In this document: positions 1 to 9,094 of the stretch, in pieces
Layout of the letters: each line of letters opens with the position of its first letter
How positions within the stretch are numbered: position 1 is the stretch's first letter
Assembly: GCA_022599995.1 (NCBI GenBank)
Contig: JAHZLG010000181.1
Coordinates: 1-27,486, forward strand
DNA: 27,486 nt
From: Alphaproteobacteria bacterium
GTDB lineage: Bacteria > Pseudomonadota > Alphaproteobacteria > CBDBCS01 > JAHZLG01
Reading direction: 5' to 3'
Program-made: the position numbers and the translations under genes
Notes under the pieces: model-generated
Databases searched by the model: none
What the model saw: the letters and a program-made list of their open reading frames with translations, nothing else
Told to the model about the DNA's origin: nothing

Positions 1-68
1 CACCTTCGTTGCTTTGGCACCCCGCCTTGCGGGCGGTTGTTGTTTCTCTTTTCTTTGTTGCTGTGCTC

Positions 69-1931
69 ATGACCTTTGATCCGTTGCCCACGCACTCGCC
101 ACCCGAGTCGGAGCCGACCCTTTTTGACACAGCCCACTCCGGCACCGGCGGCCCGTCGTCGCGGCACGTTTCGCGCAAGGGGCTTTCGATCACAGTCGAT
201 GACCGACGCAACAACAACATCACCGATTTTGGGCATCGGGTGATGGAACAGTCTTATCTTTACGGCGAAGAAAACGTGCAAGACATGTTTGCCCGTGTGG
301 CGATGCACTATGCCGACGACAACCGTCATGCCCAGCGGCTCTACGACGCCATGTCGCATCTTTGGTTGATGCCTGCGACGCCGATCCTTTCGAATGGGGG
401 CACGAGTCGCGGGTTGCCGATCTCTTGTTTTGTGAATGAGGTTGGTGATTCCCTGCACGACATTGTTGGCACGTGGAACGAGAACACGTGGCTTGCCTCA
501 CGCGGGGGCGGGATTGGCACCTACTGGGGGAATGTGCGGTCGAATCACGAAACGATTGGCGAGGTGGGGACAAGCTCCGGGATTTTCCCCTTCATCAAGG
601 TCATGGACAGCATGACCCAAGCGATCAGCCAAGGGGCTATTCGTCGGGGATCGGCGGCGGTGTACCTTCCGGTTGATCACCCTGAGATCGAAGAATTCAT
701 CGAGATGCGGCGCGTCACCGGCGGAGAAATAAACCGCCGCATGCCCGAATTGCACCATGGCGTGGTGATCACCGACGCATTCATGCAGGCGGTGGAACGC
801 AACCTGCCGTGGGAGTTGCGCAGCCCGCGCAAGTCGCGTGAGGTACTGCGCACCGTGAAGGCCCGTGATATTTGGGTGAGCCTGTTGAAGGCGCGCATCG
901 AGACGGGCGAGCCCTACATGCTCTTCATCGACCACGTGAACAGCGCACGCACCGAGAGTCACAAAGCGGAGGGGCTCGAGGTACGCACGTCCAATCTGTG
1001 CTCTGAGATCATGCTGCCCACCGGAATTGATACATTGGGCGAACAACGCACGGCCGTGTGTTGTCTTTCTTCGATGAACCTTGATCGCTTCGACGAGTGG
1101 GGCGATAACCCCGTTATCATCGAAGACGTGATGCGCTTTCTGGACAACGTCCTGACGGAATTCATCGACACCGCCCCCGCCGAATTTGCCCATGCGACCT
1201 ACTCGGCTAAGCAGGAGCGGTCGGTCGGGTTGGGGGTCATGGGGTTCCATAGCTTCCTTCAAACCAAGGGCATCCCGATAGAAAGTCCTTTGGCGCGATC
1301 GTGGAACAAATCGATTTTCTCGCGCCTGCGCACCGCAGCAAACAAGGCGTCGCTGAAGCTTGGCCGCGAACGCGGGGCGTGCCCTGATAATGCTAAGCAC
1401 GGCAGCGAAGAGCGGTTTTCCTACAAGATGGCGGTTGCGCCGACTGCCACGATCTCGATCATTTGCGGCGGCACGTCTCCGGGCATCGAGCCTATCACGG
1501 CGAATATCTACGAACACAAGACGCGCACGGCGGGCAACGTTGTCATTAAGAATCGAGCCCTTCGGACGTTGCTCGCGAAGAAGGGGGCTGACACGAAAGA
1601 AGTCTGGGAGGGCATTCAACACCACCATGGCTCGGTGCAACACCTGACCGACCTGCTTGATGATCACGAGCGCGACACCTTCAAAACCGCCTTTGAGATC
1701 AATCAGTACCAACTGATCGATCTGGCGGCAGACCGTACCCCATTCATCTGTCAGGGGCAGTCATTGAACCTGTTCTTGCCGCCGAACATTCACAAACGTG
1801 ATCTCCATCGTGTGCACCACAAGGCGTGGGAATCGGGGGTAAAGTCGCTGTACTATGTGCGCTCGCGTGCCCTTCGCCGCGCTGGCGATTCGTTGGAGGC
1901 ACCTCCCGTAGATTGCGCTTGGTGCGAATAA
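69..1931 (+). CDS. nrdA: Ribonucleoside-diphosphate reductase class Ia alpha subunit (short form, no N-terminal ATP cone), about 620 aa
   Basis: Motifs PATPILSNGG, LPISCF, NLCSEI (radical Cys), AVCCLSS, APTATIS, KSLYY and C-terminal CAWC. I prefer ATG at 69 over TTG at 9 because 9-68 is a T-rich low-complexity leader. Confidence 0.95.
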   Translation: MTFDPLPTHSPPESEPTLFDTAHSGTGGPSSRHVSRKGLSITVDDRRNNNITDFGHRVMEQSYLYGEENVQDMFARVAMHYADDNRHAQRLYDAMSHLWLMPATPILSNGGTSRGLPISCFVNEVGDSLHDIVGTWNENTWLASRGGGIGTYWGNVRSNHETIGEVGTSSGIFPFIKVMDSMTQAISQGAIRRGSAAVYLPVDHPEIEEFIEMRRVTGGEINRRMPELHHGVVITDAFMQAVERNLPWELRSPRKSREVLRTVKARDIWVSLLKARIETGEPYMLFIDHVNSARTESHKAEGLEVRTSNLCSEIMLPTGIDTLGEQRTAVCCLSSMNLDRFDEWGDNPVIIEDVMRFLDNVLTEFIDTAPAEFAHATYSAKQERSVGLGVMGFHSFLQTKGIPIESPLARSWNKSIFSRLRTAANKASLKLGRERGACPDNAKHGSEERFSYKMAVAPTATISIICGGTSPGIEPITANIYEHKTRTAGNVVIKNRALRTLLAKKGADTKEVWEGIQHHHGSVQHLTDLLDDHERDTFKTAFEINQYQLIDLAADRTPFICQGQSLNLFLPPNIHKRDLHRVHHKAWESGVKSLYYVRSRALRRAGDSLEAPPVDCAWCE

Positions 1932-1947
1932 GCCCCGGGGCGGCGGC

Positions 1948-2193
1948 GGGAAGGGGCGTGCGACTGGAGGGGGGGCGTGTGCCTGAGCCGGCGTGCGCCT
2001 GGGCCCGTGTGCCTAAGCCGGCGTGACCTAATACGCACCTAACGCACCTCACTTAAAAGAACGCTGGGCAGAGCTCCTGGAATGGGGGGAAGGGGCGTGC
2101 GCCTGGAGGGGAGGGGCGTGTGCCTGAGACGGCGCGACCTAGTACGCACCTCACGCATCTCACTTAAAAGAACGCTGGGCAGAGCTCCTGGAA
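1948..2193. repeat. Imperfect tandem duplication (about 135 and 107 bp) that includes the 3' end of the TPR gene
   Basis: The 35-bp core ctcacttaaaagaacgctgggcagagctcctggaa is exact at 2048-2082 and 2159-2193. The flanking ggaaggggcgtgcg...gtgtgcctgag...acgcacct sequence is also shared. Confidence 0.95.
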
Positions 2194-5100
2194 ATCGACC
2201 CGCGACGGGGCAGGTGCGCCCGCCTCGCGAATGTACCGCGTGCGGGCACGTTGCAAGTGATCGCGATCGGCAGAAGCCAATGACACCGCATAACGCGCAA
2301 TGGTCGTGGCATCCAACGAGGCACGCGGCGCAAACAAAAAAGCAAAAACCTCGGCATAAGCACTCGACGCCGTGTCGGCACGAAAGCGATTGGACAGGGC
2401 GGTTAATCCGTCCTCATCCCCAAGCAGGCTTAGGGCTAGCCCCCAACGGATAAGAAACAATTCCGATTGAGCCGTCAGCCCCGATTCGGCACGCAAGTCA
2501 TTGGCAACCAGACGTTGCATCACAGAAGCAACCTCCTGCCATTGCTTGCCGCGCCAGTAAATGTTTGCCCGCAGCCGATCGGCTTCGAAGGAAACATCGC
2601 CGACGAGCAATGCCAGAGCCTCGTCCGTGCGCTCGAGTCTCTGCAACCCATAGGCTCGCAGCAACCGCGCCTCGCGTTGGTATCGATCTAATTCGACCGC
2701 GCCAAAGTCATTGGATTGAAGACGGGTGACGGCCTCCTCGTATTGCCCCCCCAGCATCTCCAACAGGGCAGCTTTCACAATCACCCGGCGGCGTTCAACC
2801 CCCTGATGGCGGTCAATGTACAGGCGGTTACCGACCAAATCCAAGGCGACATCGTAGGCCTCAATCCGTGCCAAACGATCTGCCAACGATTCTATCAGCC
2901 GCGCCCCTTCCTCACCCGCAGGGATCAGCTCGCGAAACCGCAGGAACAGCTCCAGCGCCTCTTGTGACTGCAGGCCGTACTCCTCGGGGCTCAACAGGGT
3001 CTGGATAAATATCTGACTCATGTTGCGCGCCACCACGAGCGAATTGGGATCGTTCTCAAGACTCGCCAAAAGGTTACGATACACGGCAAGGCCGCTCGCA
3101 TAATCGCCGCTTAGGAGGTAGAAGCACCCCAAAACTTGGCGGCCTTGCACTGCCAGCAGCCCGTCATCCCAGCCAAACAGCAGGTGCCTCAGCGTCTCGA
3201 TCGCCTCGGCGGACTCGAGAGCATCCTGGGCGTACAGCGGCGGGAACCCGTCAACAGCTGCCTGCAATCCCCAGAGCACATCGCGATCATTGGCCATCTC
3301 CAAGATGACCTGCTTGGCACGCGACGTGTTGCCTTCGTCAATATCGAAGAGCCCCACATTCAGGCGCAAGGCGTACTCCCGATGCCGCGCCGAGAAGAAG
3401 AGGTTGGCGGTCGTCAGCCGCTCTATCCAATCCCGGGCATCGACGCTGTTCCCTTGGGCGATGGCGACACGGATACGATCGGGGGCGATTTCCCGCTGCA
3501 ATGACTGCGGGTAGAGATTCAGCAACACATCGCCACGCAGAAATGATTGCTCCGCCAGTTGAAAGCGACGGTGCTTGGTGTGGTTCACCCCAAGCCAAAT
3601 GTGCGTTTCATCGTACTCACGCAAGGAGGGATTGGCGCGGAGAAGGGCTTCGGCTTGGACATACTTCCGTGCAAGCACCAATCCTGCGTAGCGTCCCAAG
3701 AGGGCAGGCAAGGTGTTCGCCTGCTCGGGGGCTTTGCTGCGGATGATCTCGTGGGTGGCAACGGCTTCGTGTCCTAAACCCTCGGACAGAAAAAAATGCA
3801 GCATGTCCAACCAGAAGGCAGGACGCTCCGATTCCAAATAATTGCCGTACGACTGGGTGAGGTAATTGTGCTCTGCGGTAAACAGGTCGAAGGTGCGCCG
3901 TCTCCCAATGAGGCCGAGCAACGACGCTTGGCGGTTAGACACATCGCGCTCGGTGAGGGGGAGCAACAAGCTGCTCGTTTCGGGAACAACGGGCTCGGCC
4001 GTGCCATCGGCGGGCAAAAAGGCCTGCGCATCACCAGCTCCATCATCAGCTTGCGGCGACGCACCGGGCGACACAGACTCGGGACGCCCCCCGCCAACCC
4101 GCCCCGCAGCCCCCTCGCGCACCACACGAAACCCCTCGCGGTGCGGCTCGAGGGTGACCGTGGGCAGGGATTCGCGAATCACCAACCCTTGAATGGTGTT
4201 CAACATCTGAAAGTCAGGCCAGCTCTGTTCGACGCGCACGCCGCCGCGTTCTTCGCCGGTCATCCCAACAAGCAGGCGATCCCCGGTTTCGGGGTCGATG
4301 AAACTCGCAGTCGCCCCCGGAGAGGGCATGACAACCAGAATGTCACTGCCGACTTCGATGCTGCCGAGCGGCACAACCCGAAGGTTTTCGGGGGGCAACG
4401 GCTGTGGATCGCGATAAAAACTATAGTGCCATTGAAACAGGCGTTTGGTGATAAGCCCGCGCGGCTGGCCGCGGGTGATGAATCGGAGCACTGTCGCCGT
4501 TGGGTGATCGATTTGCTCTACGGCGGTGACAAATGGTCTGGCAATTTCCGACAGTTGAAGCAGATTCGGGCTAAACCGCGCGCCAATGACCAACCAGTGA
4601 CTGCCACCATACGCGAATGCAGCCAGTGTGATATTCTCGGGAAGCAAAAACCCCACCGATCCGAGTTCATCGGGGGGAACCGCCGTCGGACGCAACGACA
4701 GCTCGCGCTCCTGTTGCGGCGCAAGGTTTACGAGCCGTTGATCCACACTTTTGTGCTCGACTTCCAGCAGGATTTGCTGCCCGCGACGCCACGTGTTGTA
4801 ATTGTAGTCGGCGGGCACATCGAGCAGGAACCGCACCCCAGCACCTGCCCCACTGCCCTGTTGCGCGCGGGGGTTACGAAACCCGAACTCACGGGGAAAG
4901 GCGGCGGCAGTATCCAACAGGTCAACGGTCAAATAGCCCGGACGCGAGAACTGCAAAGACAAGACACCGCCATCGTGCGCCGTGTCGACATTCACGGCAA
5001 TCGGCCAGTTGAACACAAAACGCGTCGCCGCCTTCGTCTGCAACAGGGTAATCGGCACCTCGACGAGGTCGGGCTGTGCCGCCGCCGCCTGCGGCGGGAC

Positions 5101-5871
5101 AAGGCTCACGGTGACGGTGTTGTCCTGTGTGGCAAAGCGCACATTGTAGGGCTGGTATAACGGGGCGAGAGGAATCTCCAAGCGGCGATTTTGGACATCG
5201 ACAAACCGGGGAAAACCGACCCCCACCGTGCCCAGCTGGTCAGCAAGGGCCGAGAGACTCATGGTAACCGGCTGGCGAAACCCAATGGTCAGGTTTTCTC
5301 CGGTGGTCACGCGATCGATAACAGCCGGTTCATCGAGGGCAAAGCTGATTTGCACGATTGCCCCATCGAATGACACGCTCGGCTCTGCCACGGATTCGCC
5401 CCCACGGGCCAGCAGGTCAACAATAAGGCGGCCTTCGTTACGCACCCGCCTCGGGGGGAGGCAAGCCACGCGTTCGATGGTCTCGGGACGCAGAACAAGC
5501 AACAGCACGCGATTTGTGGGATCGCGCTGGACGTCCCGAATGTACTTGCCCAGGGTCAAAAGTATCTGCGCTTCGTTGATGTCGACCTCCTCGGGGGCGG
5601 TCAGCACGACGGAGTTGTCCTCGACCGTGCAGGTGGTCGCGGCAATGATCGTGGGGTCGCCGATCAGTTGAACCCGACCGAAGCTTGCGTGCGGCGTCGA
5701 TTGAAGCCGCAGTAGGGGGGTATTGGACTGGGCACTCGCGACCCCTCCTACCCCTAGTACCCCTCCCATCCCTAGTATCCCCAATATCACTAGTATCCCC
5801 ACCAGTGTCCAAACCATCCTAGCCAAGCGGATCACCCCGCCGAATTGCCATCTCATGCGCAGGAAATTCAC
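2164..5871 (-). CDS. Large exported protein, 1235 aa: signal peptide, repeated N-terminal beta domains, C-terminal TPR-like helical region (alphaproteobacterial large TPR family)
   Basis: Hydrophobic N-terminus ending ASA-QS. Repeated segments such as TRFVFNWPIAVNVDTAHDGGVLSLQFSRP and LAAFAYGGSHWLVIG. TPR-like C-terminus (EARLLRAYGLQRLERTDEALALL, ADRLRANIYWRGKQW, RWGLALSLLGDEDGL). The GTG start overlaps the upstream stop (GTGA, 5868-5871). Confidence 0.8.
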   Translation of the reverse strand: MNFLRMRWQFGGVIRLARMVWTLVGILVILGILGMGGVLGVGGVASAQSNTPLLRLQSTPHASFGRVQLIGDPTIIAATTCTVEDNSVVLTAPEEVDINEAQILLTLGKYIRDVQRDPTNRVLLLVLRPETIERVACLPPRRVRNEGRLIVDLLARGGESVAEPSVSFDGAIVQISFALDEPAVIDRVTTGENLTIGFRQPVTMSLSALADQLGTVGVGFPRFVDVQNRRLEIPLAPLYQPYNVRFATQDNTVTVSLVPPQAAAAQPDLVEVPITLLQTKAATRFVFNWPIAVNVDTAHDGGVLSLQFSRPGYLTVDLLDTAAAFPREFGFRNPRAQQGSGAGAGVRFLLDVPADYNYNTWRRGQQILLEVEHKSVDQRLVNLAPQQERELSLRPTAVPPDELGSVGFLLPENITLAAFAYGGSHWLVIGARFSPNLLQLSEIARPFVTAVEQIDHPTATVLRFITRGQPRGLITKRLFQWHYSFYRDPQPLPPENLRVVPLGSIEVGSDILVVMPSPGATASFIDPETGDRLLVGMTGEERGGVRVEQSWPDFQMLNTIQGLVIRESLPTVTLEPHREGFRVVREGAAGRVGGGRPESVSPGASPQADDGAGDAQAFLPADGTAEPVVPETSSLLLPLTERDVSNRQASLLGLIGRRRTFDLFTAEHNYLTQSYGNYLESERPAFWLDMLHFFLSEGLGHEAVATHEIIRSKAPEQANTLPALLGRYAGLVLARKYVQAEALLRANPSLREYDETHIWLGVNHTKHRRFQLAEQSFLRGDVLLNLYPQSLQREIAPDRIRVAIAQGNSVDARDWIERLTTANLFFSARHREYALRLNVGLFDIDEGNTSRAKQVILEMANDRDVLWGLQAAVDGFPPLYAQDALESAEAIETLRHLLFGWDDGLLAVQGRQVLGCFYLLSGDYASGLAVYRNLLASLENDPNSLVVARNMSQIFIQTLLSPEEYGLQSQEALELFLRFRELIPAGEEGARLIESLADRLARIEAYDVALDLVGNRLYIDRHQGVERRRVIVKAALLEMLGGQYEEAVTRLQSNDFGAVELDRYQREARLLRAYGLQRLERTDEALALLVGDVSFEADRLRANIYWRGKQWQEVASVMQRLVANDLRAESGLTAQSELFLIRWGLALSLLGDEDGLTALSNRFRADTASSAYAEVFAFLFAPRASLDATTIARYAVSLASADRDHLQRARTRYIREAGAPAPSRVDFQELCPAFF

Positions 5872-7058
5872 AGGTCAGACCCTTGGTTCATCAAGACGAG
5901 CGATTCAACCGCGTCACTGTCAATTGCCTGGCTGCTCCGCGGAGAGATATGCCCGATGGGGAACAACCCCGGCCCGACGGGTTCCACCAAAACATAGGTT
6001 GTGCCCCCAACCGTAATCGCAGCGTCGCCCTCCCGCGGGGGAATGGCTAGGCCAAGAAAGGCATGCTCGGGGATCAGCACCATCACGGTGGTAACATCCG
6101 GCCACATCGCACCCAGCACGGCAGCCATGGCTGTTGTCTTCGTATCACAGTCGCCCTTGTTCAAATCGATCAGGGCGTAGGGTGACACAAACCCCGCGAT
6201 CCCTTCGCGGTCACGCGTCAGCAATTCATCGTAGGGAATGGATTGGAAAAACCGCAGGGCAAAGGCGAGCTGCTCCCGCCGGTCGCTGGACGCGCGCAGG
6301 AAGATATTGGACAACACATCGAGCCGCTCGGCATATTCGCCCGCAATAGCCGCATAGTTCAACCGCACAAAACCCAGTCGGTCATCGCGGATCAGGTAGT
6401 GACTTGCCATGATATTGTCGGCGCGGTCATCCAATGCCTCGCGCACATCGAATTGGCCGTACTCCTCCTGCACCACCGCCAGTTGCCGGTGGTAATTCTC
6501 GGTGAGCAGGGCGTATTGCTCGTCAAAGTGGGCGATGGCGTCATCAATGTCCTGCTTCTGCCGCCGCAGATAAACCCCACTGCCCTCGCGTCCGACCCTG
6601 ATGGACTCGCCCTCGCGCGTCACCACGTAATTGATGGTACCGGGCAGGCGATCGTTCACAAAGGCGGCAAGGGCAATCAGGTCTTGCTCATAGTCATCGA
6701 ACAAGCCTTGCTGGGCTTCTAAGTAGCGGGCGTTGCGTTGATCCTGAAACGCCTGCCCATCCGCCCTGATCTGTGCCGAGAGCGCGTCCAATGAGGGAAT
6801 ATCACGGATGCTTGCCTCGACCTCTGCCCGGGGGAGACGCAACCTTATGCGCCACGTTTGCCGGTTGGCATCGGCAAATTCGTATTTGTAGGTGAATTGG
6901 TCATCGGTGATCTCCTTCGCAAAAGAGAGTTGCTGGGCAAGCGCAGGAGGCGCGGCCAACCCAAGACTCAGCGCACCGAGCAGCGCACCGCACACCCATG
7001 TGCCTCGCCGCACAAGAGCACGCAGCGACACAACCGATTTATCCAAAAACGCAGCCAT
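5868..7058 (-). CDS. Secreted transglutaminase-like cysteine-protease-fold protein, about 396 aa
   Basis: Signal peptide ending APPALA-QQ after ATG 7058. The C-terminal domain has FFQSIPY, KGDCDTKT (Cys codon 6147-6149), PEHAFLG (His codon 6063-6065) and YVLVEPVGP. The ORF-track extension to 7400 overlaps rsmI and is low complexity. Confidence 0.7.
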   Translation of the reverse strand: MAAFLDKSVVSLRALVRRGTWVCGALLGALSLGLAAPPALAQQLSFAKEITDDQFTYKYEFADANRQTWRIRLRLPRAEVEASIRDIPSLDALSAQIRADGQAFQDQRNARYLEAQQGLFDDYEQDLIALAAFVNDRLPGTINYVVTREGESIRVGREGSGVYLRRQKQDIDDAIAHFDEQYALLTENYHRQLAVVQEEYGQFDVREALDDRADNIMASHYLIRDDRLGFVRLNYAAIAGEYAERLDVLSNIFLRASSDRREQLAFALRFFQSIPYDELLTRDREGIAGFVSPYALIDLNKGDCDTKTTAMAAVLGAMWPDVTTVMVLIPEHAFLGLAIPPREGDAAITVGGTTYVLVEPVGPGLFPIGHISPRSSQAIDSDAVESLVLMNQGSDL

Positions 7059-7087
7059 CAACCGAAGAAAGACCAAAGAAAGAAACG

Positions 7088-7119
7088 CCACCAACAACGA
7101 ACCCCACCAACAACGAACC
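7088..7119. repeat. 16-bp exact tandem duplication (ccaccaacaacgaacc x2)
   Basis: Read directly at 7088-7103 and 7104-7119. Confidence 0.9.
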
Positions 7120-7263
7120 CGATGACCGAATTCACCATCTTTATCCCTCAGGGGAGCACCAGCGCGGGGAGCCATCTGAACCATCACGGGGAACCATAGA
7201 GGGGAACGGAGAAAACTGGCTTGTGCCCAACCCCCTACATCATGCCATAGGCGGTCGACAAAA

Positions 7264-7968
7264 TCACGCCACCTTCGCATGCCACGGGGGCACGTAACCC
7301 TCCGAGGCCAGCATGACCACGAACTCACCCTTGATCGAGACCGTCCCACTGGCGACCAACTCAGCAAGCGAAGGGAGCGTGCCCCGATAAATGCTTTCAA
7401 ATTTCTTCGTCAGCTCCCTGCCGAGCACCCCGTAGCGCGTGGGAAACATCGTCGCAAGCCGACTGACCTGATGCACGATACGATGCGGAGACTCATAAAA
7501 TACCAAGGTCGCCGGTAACTCGGCCACCAAGCCGAGCTCTTTGCGGACGCCATGCTCGGTGCGCGGCAGAAAACCGCCGAAATAAAACCGGTCGGTGGGC
7601 AACCCCGCGCAGCACAGGGCCGTGGTGATGGCACACGCCCCGGGGATGGGAACAATGACGATGCCCGCAGCGATCGCCTCGGTGACCAGCCGATAGCCCG
7701 GGTCGGCAATCAGCGGCGTGCCTGCATCGGACATCAGCCCGATAGAAGCCCCTTCTTGCAGCAACGCCAAAATGGCCGGGCGCACCTCGGCAGCATTGTG
7801 ATCATGGTAAGGCCGCACCTTCGCGGCCACTGCATGGCGTACCAGCAATTGCTTCGCCACACGGGTGTCCTCGCAGAGCACCTGGTCGCACGCCGCAAGC
7901 ATCTCAAGCGAACGCAACGAGACGTCAGCAAGGTTGCCTATCGGGGTGGCAATGATGAACAGCGGCAT
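7264..7968 (-). CDS. rsmI: 16S rRNA (cytidine1402-2'-O)-methyltransferase, short 234-aa form
   Basis: ATPIGNLAD, LCEDTR, SDAGTPLIADPG, PIPGACA, FGGFLP, FYESPHR, RELTKKFE, KGEFVV. Confidence 0.95.
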   Translation of the reverse strand: MPLFIIATPIGNLADVSLRSLEMLAACDQVLCEDTRVAKQLLVRHAVAAKVRPYHDHNAAEVRPAILALLQEGASIGLMSDAGTPLIADPGYRLVTEAIAAGIVIVPIPGACAITTALCCAGLPTDRFYFGGFLPRTEHGVRKELGLVAELPATLVFYESPHRIVHQVSRLATMFPTRYGVLGRELTKKFESIYRGTLPSLAELVASGTVSIKGEFVVMLASEGYVPPWHAKVA

Positions 7969-8056
7969 GCGTGACTCAGGCGTAGGAGGAAAGACAACAG
8001 CGCACTGGCTGGCGATGGCCCATTATCCAAATGCCACGCCGGGACGAGGGCACGGG

Positions 8057-8144
8057 GGGCACGGGGGCAAGGGAGGGCACGGGGGCAAGGGAGGGCACGG
8101 GGGCAAGGGAGGGCACGGGGGCAAGGGAGGGCACGGGGGGCAAG
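8057..8144. repeat. 18-bp G-rich minisatellite (gggcacgggggcaaggga) x4 plus one imperfect copy
   Basis: Exact units start at 8057, 8075, 8093 and 8111; a variant starts at 8129. Confidence 0.97.
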
Positions 8145-8251
8145 AAAGGAGGCATAAGCAAGGGGCAGGGAGCAAGACAAGAGGCAGTAAGAGATAGCCA
8201 GGAAGACGTCACCCAAGCAACCAGCATCGGTATCACGGTGCCTCGTGCCAG

Positions 8252-9094
8252 CTACCGCGGCGCAACCCCTGTGCCCGCGTCAACCGCCTCCCCTTCGCCA
8301 TAAAGGGCATCCGACACCCCCACAACCAAAACACGGCGAGGCCCGTGTATCCCCAGCTGGACAGACAGGTCGATGTCTCCGGTTCGCGACGTTCCAGTGA
8401 CAAAATTGATCATGCCAGAGCACAACCCATCACCCGCGCCCTCGGACTCGCGCACTGTCAGCCCCGCAAGGGCGTGTTCCATCGTCGCAACAACCGCCGA
8501 GCAGCGCACGACAATCACCACATTCGGCACGACAAAATGCAGGGGCACCGAAAAGCCGGGACGATCGTGCAACACCAAACTACCGGTCTCGGCAATTCCT
8601 GCAATGGCAGCGGTGACACCGATACAGTCATTGCCGTCGACTCTCCCTCCTTGCCCTTCGTAGTGTTGCACCAATACCCGTCCACACGCTTCATCCAGCA
8701 ACCCGTCGGCAACCCGAAACTGCAGGGGCAACTGATGTTCGTGGCACCACGTTGCCACGCCTTCGGCAAACTCCTGTTCGTGCGCGGCGGTGATCACCTC
8801 GCAGGCTGCCTGCTTCGCACGGGTGACAAAGGCCGACCAGCAATCCGCGGGCGACAAGTGCCCCCATGCCCCGGCTGAGCTGGTTGAACCAGATGCCACG
8901 ACCGTATCAGATACCCCGGCTGAGCCGGCTGAGCCGGGTGACCCGACCGCCCCGACCGTATCAGATGCCCCGGTTGAACCGGATACCCCGGCTGAGCTGG
9001 TTGAACCGGTTGAACCGGATGCACCACTACAGAGTCGGGCAAGGATGCGAGACCGCGCCGACTCCGGGGGCTCGTCTTGGTCGATGCCACTCAT
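8252..9094 (-). CDS. lutC: Lactate utilization protein C (LUD domain) with an N-terminal G/S/A/T-rich repeat insert
   Basis: GIAETGSLVL and INFVTGTSRTGDID...GIHGPRR motifs. ATGA overlap with the lutB stop at 9091-9094. Confidence 0.88.
   Translation of the reverse strand: MSGIDQDEPPESARSRILARLCSGASGSTGSTSSAGVSGSTGASDTVGAVGSPGSAGSAGVSDTVVASGSTSSAGAWGHLSPADCWSAFVTRAKQAACEVITAAHEQEFAEGVATWCHEHQLPLQFRVADGLLDEACGRVLVQHYEGQGGRVDGNDCIGVTAAIAGIAETGSLVLHDRPGFSVPLHFVVPNVVIVVRCSAVVATMEHALAGLTVRESEGAGDGLCSGMINFVTGTSRTGDIDLSVQLGIHGPRRVLVVGVSDALYGEGEAVDAGTGVAPR
8869..9024. repeat. In-frame degenerate 9-bp-unit repeat inside lutC
   Basis: Units such as ccggctgag, ccggttgaa and ccgtatcagat encode SGASGSTGSTSSAGVSGSTGASDTV... 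Confidence 0.85.

Noticed and set aside
69-400. Missing ATP cone in NrdA as a novelty
   Set aside because: This is a known property of this short alphaproteobacterial NrdA subclass.
498-1712. 404-aa minus-strand ORF
   Set aside because: Antisense to nrdA, with no motifs.
3796-5160. 454-aa plus-strand ORF
   Set aside because: Antisense shadow of the TPR gene, with no recognisable motifs. Long antisense ORFs are expected at high GC.
7059-7400. N-terminal 114 aa of the 510-aa ORF
   Set aside because: Overlaps rsmI, has Arg/Trp-rich non-coding character, and a signal peptide begins only after Met at 7058.
7938-8303. Short ORFs such as (GHGGKG)n, (PVPSLA)n and (CPRALP)n
   Set aside because: These are translations of the 18-bp minisatellite, open only because the unit has no stop codon. 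There is no evidence of coding.
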